Assembly: GCA_016699365.1 (NCBI GenBank)
Contig: CP064973.1
Span: 507,524-571,523, forward strand
Direction: 5' to 3'
DNA: 64,000 nucleotides
DNA from: Candidatus Nomurabacteria bacterium
Lineage (GTDB): Bacteria; Patescibacteriota; Minisyncoccia; Phycocordibacterales; UBA9973
Shown: in pieces, positions 55,890 to 64,000 of the stretch
How positions within the stretch are numbered: position 1 is the first letter of the stretch
How the letters are laid out: each line of letters starts with the position of its first letter
The notes under the pieces: model-generated
Told to the model about the DNA's origin: nothing
What the model saw: the letters and a program-made list of their open reading frames with translations, nothing else
Databases searched by the model: none
Program-made: the position numbers and the translations under genes

Positions 55890-56918
55890 ATGGCAACCAC
55901 GACTTTTAAACCAAAACAGGTCACAAAAAAAATCCTATCTCCATTGCAGGACAGAGCTTATGATGTAATCATAAGTAGATTTGGTCTTGATGATAGTGCA
56001 GAAAGAAAAACTCTAGAAGCTATCGGCGAGATATATGGTATTACACGTGAGCGTGTGCGCCAGATTGAAAATGCAGCTCTACAATCAGTTCGTAAGTCTG
56101 ATTCATACAAAGAACATGCTCCAGTTTTTAGTGAACTTCGTTCAATAATAGAAGATCTTGGTGGTGTTGTATCTGAAGATGAATTACTTTCAAACCTATC
56201 AAAAGACAAATCAACTCAGAATCATTTTCATCTATATTTGGTTTTAGGTGATGAATTTACAAAACATAAAGAAGATGAGCATTTCAAATCACGCTGGTCA
56301 GTAGACAACGACACAACTGATAAAGTTCATGATTCTTTGAAGAAACTATACACTTCACTTAAAGACGAAGAACTTATTCCAGAAAGTGATCTAATAGAAA
56401 AATTCTTGGATTACGTAAAAGATATCTCAGCAGAATATCGCAACGAAGAAATTGCTCGTCGCTGGTTATCTATTTCAAAAACAATCAATAAAAATCCTCT
56501 AGGTGAATGGGGTAAAGCAGATTCTTCAAACGTTAAGACTCGTGGTATCAAGGACTATGCTTTTCTTATGATGAGAAAAAATGGTGAACCTATGCACTTC
56601 CGTGAAGTTGCTGATGCAATATGTAAAACTTTTGGTAAAAAAACTCATGTTGCTACATGTCACAATGAGCTTATAAAAGATTCTCGCTTTGTACTCGTTG
56701 GACGAGGAAAGTATGCTCTAAAAGAGTGGGGTTACAAACCAGGTGTTGTAAAAGATGTTATAAAGGAAATTCTTAAGAAAGAAGGCCCACTATCAAAAGA
56801 CGAAGTTGTAGAGAAGGTCATGAAAGAAAGATTCCTAAAGAAGAATACAATCCTAGTAAACCTACAAAATCCAAAATATTTCAAGAAAAATAAACAAGGT
56901 CTATATACTCCAGTATAA
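55890..56918 (+). CDS. DNA-binding protein: N-terminal sigma-70 region-4-like HTH fused to a C-terminal HARE-HTH/winged-helix domain
   Basis: LQDRAYDVIISRFGLDDSAERKTLEAIGEIYGITRERVRQIENAALQSVRK (sigma r4.2-like). C-terminal YAFLMMRKNGEPMHFREVADAI...FVLVGRGKYALKEW (HARE-HTH pattern). Confidence 0.5.
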   Translation: MATTTFKPKQVTKKILSPLQDRAYDVIISRFGLDDSAERKTLEAIGEIYGITRERVRQIENAALQSVRKSDSYKEHAPVFSELRSIIEDLGGVVSEDELLSNLSKDKSTQNHFHLYLVLGDEFTKHKEDEHFKSRWSVDNDTTDKVHDSLKKLYTSLKDEELIPESDLIEKFLDYVKDISAEYRNEEIARRWLSISKTINKNPLGEWGKADSSNVKTRGIKDYAFLMMRKNGEPMHFREVADAICKTFGKKTHVATCHNELIKDSRFVLVGRGKYALKEWGYKPGVVKDVIKEILKKEGPLSKDEVVEKVMKERFLKKNTILVNLQNPKYFKKNKQGLYTPV

Positions 56919-56919
56919 A

Positions 56920-56950
56920 AAAGAAACCCCCTAGAGGGGTTTTCTTTTTT
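56920..56950 (+). terminator. rho-independent terminator (AAACCCCCTAGAGGGGTTT plus T-run)
   Basis: aaagaaaccccctagaggggttttctttttt. Confidence 0.7.
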
Positions 56951-57032
56951 ATACTTTTATAATATATATGTGATTTTTTGTTTACACACAAAACCCTTAG
57001 CACTATTCACTACTTTTGTTATACTAATATCA

Positions 57033-57515
57033 ATGAACCAAAAAGGTTTTGCAAATCTACTTCTAATAATCTTCGGGTTTATCCTGGTTGCTTTTATAAT
57101 AGGCTTCTTCGCTTCTCGCAAGAGCTATTCTCCTATAATGTTTCCAAATGTTACAGGAGACAGCAATTCTCCTTTTACAATGTATAGTCAAAACAAATGC
57201 GGGCTTTCGATCACTGATCCTTCCATGAATGAATCTGTTGGTAGAACTATAAACATAAGTGGTTATGTAAATGGTTGTGGGTGGAAATTAGAAGGCTCTA
57301 GTGCTGGTACTGTTCAAGCATTGAATTCTGCGGGGCAAGTTATAAGTGGCACATACAATCTTTACGTAGCAAAACATTCTCCTTTTAGTGCTTCTTATTT
57401 CAACGCTACCTTATATATAAACGGACAAACTTCTGATACAGGTTCTTTGTTATTTAGAAGTAATGGCAATACCGAGGATACACAACTTATAGTTTTACCC
57501 ATAGATTTCAAATAA
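57033..57515 (+). CDS. hypothetical secreted/membrane-anchored protein (160 aa)
   Basis: ATG 57033; N-terminal hydrophobic anchor (FANLLLIIFGFILVAFIIGFFA); Gly/Ser/Asn-rich ectodomain. Confidence 0.5.
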   Translation: MNQKGFANLLLIIFGFILVAFIIGFFASRKSYSPIMFPNVTGDSNSPFTMYSQNKCGLSITDPSMNESVGRTINISGYVNGCGWKLEGSSAGTVQALNSAGQVISGTYNLYVAKHSPFSASYFNATLYINGQTSDTGSLLFRSNGNTEDTQLIVLPIDFK

Positions 57516-57541
57516 ACTCACTAATCGTGTAAGATATATAT

Positions 57542-58804
57542 ATGCAACCTGATTTTTTTACCGGAACATTAATCCAACTCGTACTATTCATATCATCACT
57601 CGCTCCTATATGGGTGCCGATTGTGCTTATGTTGGTAGCTTGGAAAATGTGGGTAAAATATTTACGGGTTAGTTATCTGGCAAGTCTAGAATGGACTCTT
57701 ATTGAAATCCGTATTCCGCGTGATGTCTTCAAATCTCCAGAAGCTATGGAGATTGCTTTAGTAAATGCTTTTCATCAAGGAGGAGGAATGGGTAATTGGT
57801 ATCAAAAATACTGGCAAGGTCGTGTTCATATGTGGTTTTCTTTGGAAATAGTATCGCTTGAAGGCAAGGTTTACTTCTTCATAAGAACCCCAAAACTTTT
57901 TCGTACTCTAGTAGAATCTCAAATATACGCACAGTATCCTCAAGCTGAGATAAATGAAGTGAATGATTACACAGGAAGAATTCCTCATTCAAAGATTGGT
58001 GAGTGGAGTATGTTTGGTAGTGAATTTAGATTAACCAAGCCAGACCCATATCCTATAAAAACTTATGTTGATTATGGTTTAGATAAATCATCTAGTTCTC
58101 TTGACCCGGAGCAACAAATAGATCCTATAACTCAGATGTTAGAATTCATGGGTTCTATTGGAAAGGGTGAGCAGATCTGGTTTCAGATTTTAATAAAAGT
58201 TCATACTAGTAGATACCATAAACCAGGAACATGGTTTGAAACTCGTGACTGGAAAGATTTAGCAAAAGAAGAAATCCAAAAAGTTATAAAGGGTGGTCTA
58301 ATGGTCACCGATGATGCTGTTACTCGAACAACTATGAACCTTACAAAAGGTCAGCAAGATGTGATCGCGGCTATCGAACGCAATGTAAACAAGCAAGGTT
58401 TTGATTGTGGTATGAGAGTTATTTACTTAGCTGAAAAAGATAGATTCAATCCAATAAACATAACTGGAGTGCTTAGTATGGTTAAGCAATATAACTCACC
58501 ATCACTAAATGGATTTGCTCCTACAAATGCAACTGGTTTTGATTATCCTTGGCAGGATCCAAAAGGTCGTCGTACTCAAGCTCTAAAACTTGAAATGTAC
58601 AACGCATATCGCGAAAGATCTTTTTTCTATCCACCACATCATTCGAAAAAAGTTGCAAATAAGTCTGTTCATAGAAAACCTTTTGTTCTATCTAGTGAAG
58701 AACTTGCTACTGTATTTCATTTCCCTGGTCGTGTGGCTGAGACACCTTCGTTTAAACGTATTGATTCAAAGAAAGTTGAGCCACCGGTCAATCTGCCTAT
58801 ATAG
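57542..58804 (+). CDS. hypothetical membrane protein (420 aa) with two N-terminal TMs and a large soluble domain
   Basis: Intact ORF; no known family recognised from the sequence. Confidence 0.5.
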   Translation: MQPDFFTGTLIQLVLFISSLAPIWVPIVLMLVAWKMWVKYLRVSYLASLEWTLIEIRIPRDVFKSPEAMEIALVNAFHQGGGMGNWYQKYWQGRVHMWFSLEIVSLEGKVYFFIRTPKLFRTLVESQIYAQYPQAEINEVNDYTGRIPHSKIGEWSMFGSEFRLTKPDPYPIKTYVDYGLDKSSSSLDPEQQIDPITQMLEFMGSIGKGEQIWFQILIKVHTSRYHKPGTWFETRDWKDLAKEEIQKVIKGGLMVTDDAVTRTTMNLTKGQQDVIAAIERNVNKQGFDCGMRVIYLAEKDRFNPINITGVLSMVKQYNSPSLNGFAPTNATGFDYPWQDPKGRRTQALKLEMYNAYRERSFFYPPHHSKKVANKSVHRKPFVLSSEELATVFHFPGRVAETPSFKRIDSKKVEPPVNLPI

Positions 58805-58807
58805 TTT

Positions 58808-59818
58808 ATGGACACACAAGACTCTTCAACAAACCCTGATATAAACCAAGTAGTTTCAAATAAATGGTTTAATAATAAAAAACGAAATCTAATAATTTCG
58901 TTTTTAATACTTGCCTTATTTTTAGTTACAGTTAGATCTGTTTTTGTTCCCTCGAGTAGTTTCAATGTTGGCTCTTCTATTGAGGTGGAGTACGGAGATA
59001 GTCTTATGACTATATCTGAAAAACTTTATGATGCTGGCGTAATAGAATCTATACCAGTATTTCAGTTTTTTGTAGTTTTGTATGGAAACGACAAGAGTAT
59101 TTTAGCTGGTAGTTATTATTTTGATAGACCTATTTCTACAATCAATGTAGCATTGCGTATGGTTAGAGGTGACTACAACAAGGAAGAGATTAGGGTTACT
59201 TTTCCAGAAGGTATGACTGTATACGAAATGAGTAATTTATTGGACAAAAAGATTTCAAATTTTAATAAAGAGAAGTTCTTAGAGATAGCAGAAGCAAAGG
59301 AAGGGTATCTTTTTCCTGATACATATTTTATATCTCCAAGTGCAGATGAAGAGGATATAATAAATCAGCTCGAGAAAAATTTTGAAAGAAGAATTTCGGA
59401 AATTGAAGAAAAGTTTCTAGAATCTGAACATTCTCTCGAAGATATAATCATAATGGCCTCTATAATAGAAAAAGAGGCGAGTGGTGACGACGATAGATCA
59501 GTTATATCCGGAATACTTTGGAAGAGAATTAGGATCGGTATGGCATTGCAAGTAGACGCAACACTGACTTATATAACTGGTAGGGATTCAAGTGAGCTTA
59601 CTCTAAGTGATCTTGATAGCAAATCTCCATTCAACACTTATGAGAATAAGGGCCTACCACCATCTCCGATTTCGAATCCCGGTATCTTGTCTATTGTAGC
59701 TGCTCTAGAGCCTACAGAGAGTCCGTATCTTTATTATTTGCACGATAGCAATGGGGGTATTCATTACGCAAGAAACTTCGAAGAGCACAAGCAAAACAAG
59801 GCTCTATATTTACAATAA
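58808..59818 (+). CDS. mltG: endolytic murein transglycosylase MltG (YceG-like)
   Basis: N-terminal TM, YceG-like domain with conserved ...FNTYENKGLPPSPISNPG... motif. Confidence 0.8.
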   Translation: MDTQDSSTNPDINQVVSNKWFNNKKRNLIISFLILALFLVTVRSVFVPSSSFNVGSSIEVEYGDSLMTISEKLYDAGVIESIPVFQFFVVLYGNDKSILAGSYYFDRPISTINVALRMVRGDYNKEEIRVTFPEGMTVYEMSNLLDKKISNFNKEKFLEIAEAKEGYLFPDTYFISPSADEEDIINQLEKNFERRISEIEEKFLESEHSLEDIIIMASIIEKEASGDDDRSVISGILWKRIRIGMALQVDATLTYITGRDSSELTLSDLDSKSPFNTYENKGLPPSPISNPGILSIVAALEPTESPYLYYLHDSNGGIHYARNFEEHKQNKALYLQ

Positions 59819-59838
59819 TAATTTTATATTTAAAAAAG

Positions 59839-60390
59839 ATGCACAAACAAAATTTGGCTTTTATTGATACGGAAACTACAGGTCTTGATCCAGAAAATCA
59901 TGAGATTATTCAAATTGGTTGTGTATTGGTTTCGCAAAACCAAGACGCTGATGGTAATCAAGTCTATGAAATTGTCGAAGAATTTGAGCTCAAGGTAAAG
60001 CCAGAAAAAATTGAAAATGCAGACAAGGTTGCTTTGCGTATAAACGGTTACAATGAGGCTGATTGGGTTTTTGCCTACACTCTAAAAGAAGCGATGCAGA
60101 TTTTTTCTGATAAAACTAAAGATGCGATTATGGTAGCTCATAATATGCCTTTTGATTTTGCTTTTTTATTAAAAGCTTTTTCCACTACAAAAGTTGAAAA
60201 CAAACTTCATTATCACAAGCTCGACACTATATCTATTGCATACGCAAAGGCAAAAAAACGTGATGATATAAGTAGATTCTCTTTGAGATTTCTATGTGAG
60301 GTTTTTAAAATAGATAACAAGAAGGCACACACAGCTCTCTCAGATTGTCGTGCTACTTTCGAATTGTATAAAAAACTCATGAATCTATAG
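59839..60390 (+). CDS. DEDDh 3'-5' exonuclease (DnaQ/epsilon-like)
   Basis: Exo I FIDTETTGLD, Exo II AHNMPFDFAFL, Exo III H...D (HTALSDCRAT). Confidence 0.8.
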   Translation: MHKQNLAFIDTETTGLDPENHEIIQIGCVLVSQNQDADGNQVYEIVEEFELKVKPEKIENADKVALRINGYNEADWVFAYTLKEAMQIFSDKTKDAIMVAHNMPFDFAFLLKAFSTTKVENKLHYHKLDTISIAYAKAKKRDDISRFSLRFLCEVFKIDNKKAHTALSDCRATFELYKKLMNL

Positions 60391-60436
60391 TTTTTTGATT
60401 TTTGCAAAATTTTTAAATAAAGGTAGAGTGTCTATT

Positions 60437-61507
60437 GTGAGAGAAAATAAATCTAAAAAAGTCTTTGTGGGAATATCTGGCGGTGTAGATTCGTCGGTTT
60501 CAGCCCACCTGCTTATAAAAGCTGGCTACGATGTAACTGGTGTTTTTATTCGTACCTGGACTCCAGAGTGGATAGAGTGTACATGGAGAGAGGAGCGTCG
60601 TGATGCGATGCGTGTATGTGCGCACTTAGATATTCCATATTTAGAATGCGACGCAGAAGATGTTTACAAAAAAGGTGTTGCAGATTATATGATCGAAGAA
60701 TACAGATTAGGGCGCGTCCCAAATCCAGACGTGATGTGTAATAGAGAAGTAAAGTTCGGTATATTTTGGGAATTTGCAAAAGCTCACGGCGCAGATTTTA
60801 TAGCCACTGGTCACTACGCACAAAACAAATCAGAAGACGGGGTGCACAAGCTTTTAGTTGGAAAAGATGAATCCAAAGATCAGAGCTATTTCTTGTATAG
60901 ACTAAATCAGAGTGATTTATCACATACTCTTTTACCTATAGGGCATATGGAAAAAAGTGAAGTTAGAAATATTGCTATGCGCGCAGGACTTTTTACAGGC
61001 AACAAAAAAGATTCTCAAGGAGTTTGTTTTTTAGGACCCTTGGATATGAAGGATTTTCTCGGGCACTATATTAAAAGTGAAAAGGGAATAGTTCTGGACG
61101 AACAAGGTGTAGAAATCGGTGAACATGAGGGGGCACTTTTCTTTGCACTTGGAGAGAGACATGGTTTTACTATTACAAAAAAAACCAATCAAGATACTAG
61201 ATACTATGTTGTATCAAAAGATATTACGAAGAATACTATAACAGTTAGCCATGAACCAAAGCCTCTAGACAACACAAAGGATATAAAAATTATAAATACA
61301 AATTGGATTAGCGGTGTGCCTGAGGGTGGTAAAAAATTATACGCACAAATCCGTTATCATGGAGAATTGCACCCTGCTGTTTTGTCGAAAATAGAAAATA
61401 ATAATGCAGTTATTTTGTTTGAAGATGACAAGCCCTTGGTTTCAAGTGGGCAGTCTATAGTTATGTACGAGAATGGTGTCTGCTTAGGGGGAGGTATTGT
61501 TGCATAA
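60437..61507 (+). CDS. mnmA: tRNA-specific 2-thiouridylase MnmA
   Basis: PP-loop VGISGGVDSSV; catalytic Cys region. GTG start proposed at 60437 (the track ORF start 60395 is TTG), so the exact start is uncertain. Confidence 0.85.
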   Translation: MRENKSKKVFVGISGGVDSSVSAHLLIKAGYDVTGVFIRTWTPEWIECTWREERRDAMRVCAHLDIPYLECDAEDVYKKGVADYMIEEYRLGRVPNPDVMCNREVKFGIFWEFAKAHGADFIATGHYAQNKSEDGVHKLLVGKDESKDQSYFLYRLNQSDLSHTLLPIGHMEKSEVRNIAMRAGLFTGNKKDSQGVCFLGPLDMKDFLGHYIKSEKGIVLDEQGVEIGEHEGALFFALGERHGFTITKKTNQDTRYYVVSKDITKNTITVSHEPKPLDNTKDIKIINTNWISGVPEGGKKLYAQIRYHGELHPAVLSKIENNNAVILFEDDKPLVSSGQSIVMYENGVCLGGGIVA

Positions 61508-61547
61508 TTCTGTAAATATTGTATAGTAAAGACAAAATCTTTAAGCT

Positions 61548-61997
61548 ATGAACATAGACAACGCCCTGCTCTTGCAGATTCTTGTAACAAGATGGTTACT
61601 ACTTTTTCTTGCGGTATTTATCGTCGGAGAACCGGTAAAATGGATTTTTCCAAAACTGTACGCATGGTACAGTGACTATTGGTACCGTACAAAATATAAA
61701 TTTATATCTATTGAGCTCCGGAGTTATCTGTGGTTCAGGGGGTATTGGGTTGTTTTTTACCTGATGGTTGCGGCATACCACTGCTATATGTACTACAGTT
61801 ATTTCGGTAGTGCACTCATAGCATTTAGTACAGGTATGCTTGTAAGTGCCGGGATAGTAGGACTCATAAGATACTATGGCAGAAAAAGAAATGTTTACGC
61901 ACAGAGTACATATTCTGTGGTTACAATCGCAGTTGCGCTCTTGCTCATACATTTTCTTGAGCCTTGGTTACTAACACAACTTTTGCCTTATGTATAA
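61548..61997 (+). CDS. hypothetical 4-TM membrane protein (149 aa)
   Basis: Hydrophobic ORF; no family recognised. Confidence 0.45.
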   Translation: MNIDNALLLQILVTRWLLLFLAVFIVGEPVKWIFPKLYAWYSDYWYRTKYKFISIELRSYLWFRGYWVVFYLMVAAYHCYMYYSYFGSALIAFSTGMLVSAGIVGLIRYYGRKRNVYAQSTYSVVTIAVALLLIHFLEPWLLTQLLPYV

Positions 61998-62064
61998 ATT
62001 ATTTAACCCTTCCACAGCGGAAGGGTTTTGTTTTATTTTGTATCGAGTATAATTAGGCTTACAT

Positions 62065-62547
62065 ATGGAACAAATATTTACAGCAGAAAATATATTTTTT
62101 ATTGAAAGACTTGGCTTTGCGATGCTCTTGGGTATGGCGATAGGTGCGGAGCGCATAATAGCTCACAAAACTGCCGGCATGCGAACGTACTCACTTGTTG
62201 CTATGGGTTCTGCATTATTTGTAATTATCTCTGAGATGATAATAGACATGCACCCAGGGCTCGACAACAACCCTGCACAGATTCCATCGCTTGTTATCAG
62301 TGGTGTCGGATTCTTGGGAACAGGTCTTATGATTTGGAAAGATTCAAAGCTTTTTGGTCTTACTACGGCCACAAGTATATGGGTTGCAGCAGGTATTGGT
62401 ATTGCGTGTGGATTCGGATTCTTCGAACTTGCAGTCCTTGCAACCATACTCACACTTTTTATATTCGTAGTTTTGTGGTTTTTGGAAAACAGACTACGCC
62501 ATTCATCTTTGGTGCAGCACAGTGATCCCGAAGATTTTAATATCTAG
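62065..62547 (+). CDS. MgtC/SapB family membrane protein
   Basis: GAERIIAHKTAGMRTYSLVAMGSALF matches the MgtC signature. Confidence 0.75.
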   Translation: MEQIFTAENIFFIERLGFAMLLGMAIGAERIIAHKTAGMRTYSLVAMGSALFVIISEMIIDMHPGLDNNPAQIPSLVISGVGFLGTGLMIWKDSKLFGLTTATSIWVAAGIGIACGFGFFELAVLATILTLFIFVVLWFLENRLRHSSLVQHSDPEDFNI

Positions 62548-62563
62548 ATTTATAAGAATAAAA

Positions 62564-62597
62564 AAAACCGTCTCGTGACGGCTTTTTTTATTTGCAA
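62564..62597 (+). terminator. rho-independent terminator (CCGTCTCG-tga-CGGC... plus T-run)
   Basis: aaaaaaaccgtctcgtgacggctttttttatttg. Confidence 0.6.
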
Positions 62598-62617
62598 AAA
62601 TACGCTATATTCAAAAG

Positions 62618-64000
62618 ATGCAATCAAAAGACATAAGGAATAAATTTCTAGCTTTTTTTGAAAAAAGGGGACACTCTATTGTGCCTTCGTCTCCACTCGT
62701 ACCCCAGAACGATCCTTCTGTGCTTTTCAATACAGCTGGTATGCAGCCGTTTGTGCCGTATCTAATGGGAGAGAAACATCCACTAGGCTCTCGTATTGCA
62801 GATATTCAGAAGTGCGTTAGAACCGGAGACCTGGAAGATATTGGAGACAACAGACACTTTTCTTTTTTTGAAATGATGGGGAATTGGTCACTCGGAGACT
62901 ACTTTAAAGATGATGCAATAAAATGGAGTTATGAATTTTTAACTTCAAAAGAAGAAGGTCTAGGTCTCGATCCAAATTTGCTCTATGTAACTATTTTCGA
63001 AGGTGATGAAAATGCTCCACTTGATGAAGAGTCTAAAAAAATCTGGATGAGTCTTGGTATACCTGAGAATCGTATCTATGCTTTACCTGCAGAAGACAAC
63101 TGGTGGAGTCCTGGAGACAATGGCCCTTGTGGTCCATGTAGTGAAATGTTCTACGACATGACAAGTGGGTCTGTAGGAGATTTGAACAAAGATTCATTTA
63201 TCCAAGCAGTAAAAGACGAGCGAGTTATAGAAATCTGGAATGATGTTTTCATGGAATATGAAAAGAAAGAAGGAAAAGTAATTGGTAAACTTGCTCAGAA
63301 AAATGTAGATACAGGCGCTGGGCTAGAGCGCATGACAGCGGTGATGCAAGGAAAAAATACTGCATATGATACTGATATTTTTGAAAATATTATGGTTCAT
63401 GCAAAAACTCTTTCGCCAGAAATTTCTTCACAGAGGGTTATTGCTGATCATATGAGAACTGCTGTATTTATGATTGCCGATGGAGTAATACCTTCAAATA
63501 CAAAGCAAGGTTATGTTCTGAGAAGACTTATTCGCAGAGCAGTTTTGAAATCTGCTAACAAAGAAATCGATAGTGTAAAAATTTCTACCATTGTAGATTC
63601 TGTAGTAAATTTTTATGAAGAATTTTATCCAGAAATAAAACAAAAAACAGAAGTCATAAAGACAGAGATTGAAAAAGAAGTTTCAAAGTTTAAAGAAACA
63701 CTACAATCAGGACTCAAGGAATTTGAAAAAGGAACAGATCCTTTTGTCTTGTTTACAACATATGGTTTTCCTATTGAAGTAACTCTTGAGCTTGCAAAAG
63801 AAAAGGGAGTTGAGATTGATATTGTAGATTTCAATCAAAAAATGTCCGAACACCAGAAGCTCTCGCAGACTTCTTCTGCTGGTATGTTCAAAGGTGGTCT
63901 TGCAAATCACAACGAGCAAACTATTAAGCTCCATACTGCTCACCATTTACTACTTTCTGCACTTCAGGAAGTGTTAGGTAAAGAAGTAAAACAACGAGGT
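62618..64000 (+). CDS. alaS: alanyl-tRNA synthetase (5' portion; gene continues past the window end)
   Basis: MQSKDIRNKFLAFFEKRGHSIVPSSPLVPQNDPSVLFNTAGMQPF...FEMMGNWSLGDYFK. Confidence 0.95.
   Translation, partial: MQSKDIRNKFLAFFEKRGHSIVPSSPLVPQNDPSVLFNTAGMQPFVPYLMGEKHPLGSRIADIQKCVRTGDLEDIGDNRHFSFFEMMGNWSLGDYFKDDAIKWSYEFLTSKEEGLGLDPNLLYVTIFEGDENAPLDEESKKIWMSLGIPENRIYALPAEDNWWSPGDNGPCGPCSEMFYDMTSGSVGDLNKDSFIQAVKDERVIEIWNDVFMEYEKKEGKVIGKLAQKNVDTGAGLERMTAVMQGKNTAYDTDIFENIMVHAKTLSPEISSQRVIADHMRTAVFMIADGVIPSNTKQGYVLRRLIRRAVLKSANKEIDSVKISTIVDSVVNFYEEFYPEIKQKTEVIKTEIEKEVSKFKETLQSGLKEFEKGTDPFVLFTTYGFPIEVTLELAKEKGVEIDIVDFNQKMSEHQKLSQTSSAGMFKGGLANHNEQTIKLHTAHHLLLSALQEVLGKEVKQRG

Noticed and set aside
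57033-57120. Type IV pilin / pseudopilin N-terminus (KGFANLLLIIFGF)
   Set aside because: It lacks the conserved Glu at +5 and the G/FTLIE consensus, so it is just a hydrophobic anchor.
1-64000. Possible alternative genetic code (UGA recoding as in some CPR lineages)
   Set aside because: TGA terminates at least two well-supported genes (48237-48239 and 49785-49787) and ORFs are contiguous under code 11, so the standard code is used.
1-64000. CRISPR arrays, rRNA genes, transposases or integrases
   Set aside because: No regularly spaced direct repeats, no rRNA-like conserved blocks, and no DDE/tyrosine-recombinase-like ORFs were seen. Only the miniature repeat elements described above are present.

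Overview
This 64 kb window comes from a low-GC bacterial chromosome that uses the standard genetic code: TAA and TAG are the stops in almost every gene, and TGA terminates the beta-lactamase-like gene at 48237-48239 and the Mur ligase at 49785-49787. The compact housekeeping content, scattered cell-division genes and small proteins suggest a reduced Patescibacteria/CPR-like genome, but that lineage call is inference only.

Most of the window is core machinery read directly from the six-frame translations:
- Replication and repair: topA, dprA, dnaX, a holB-like clamp-loader subunit, priA (degenerate), a DnaQ-like exonuclease, rdgB.
- Translation: serS, lysS, alaS (3' partial), an asnA-like protein, frr, typA, rpsU, mnmA, dus, rsmH.
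- Division and envelope: ftsQ, mraZ-rsmH-ftsL-ftsI, ftsZ, ftsA, mreB, two class B PBPs, mltG, rseP, a Mur ligase.
- Other: relA/spoT (5' partial), trxB, speH, ybeY, greA, mgtC-family, CPBP protease, DedA-family (frameshifted).

Two tRNAs are present: tRNA-Gln(CTG) on the minus strand and tRNA-Glu(CTC) on the plus strand.

The clearly accessory part is a co-directional ~15 kb island (16587-31303) of ten secreted or membrane-anchored proteins:
- an acidic low-complexity protein and a 1335-aa protein with an internal ~1.5 kb duplication;
- two ~365-aa paralogs that share a C-terminal domain with the giant protein;
- a signal-peptide plus C-terminal-TM protein, a Gly-rich protein ending in tandem dockerin-like repeats, two cohesin-like membrane proteins, and a CARDB-like protein.
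This looks like a cell-surface complex, with a Csc/WxL-like layout and a cohesin-dockerin pair.

Other observations worth a second look:
- a PriA homolog whose ATPase/helicase motifs are all degenerate;
- a three-copy GC-rich multi-hairpin element (~75 nt) with compensatory stem changes, two copies beside tRNA genes;
- exact 57-bp direct repeats (terminator plus extended -10) bracketing an orphan gene;
- a decayed duplicate of the topA 3' end 200 bp downstream of topA, and an inverted partial copy of the tRNA-Gln 3' end;
- a DedA gene split by a -1 frameshift at a T6 run;
- a helically phased GTGGGA operator array over the mraZ promoter;
- a 447-bp inverted-repeat-rich non-coding island between ftsZ and trxB.

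No CRISPR arrays, rRNA genes or recognisable transposases were seen.
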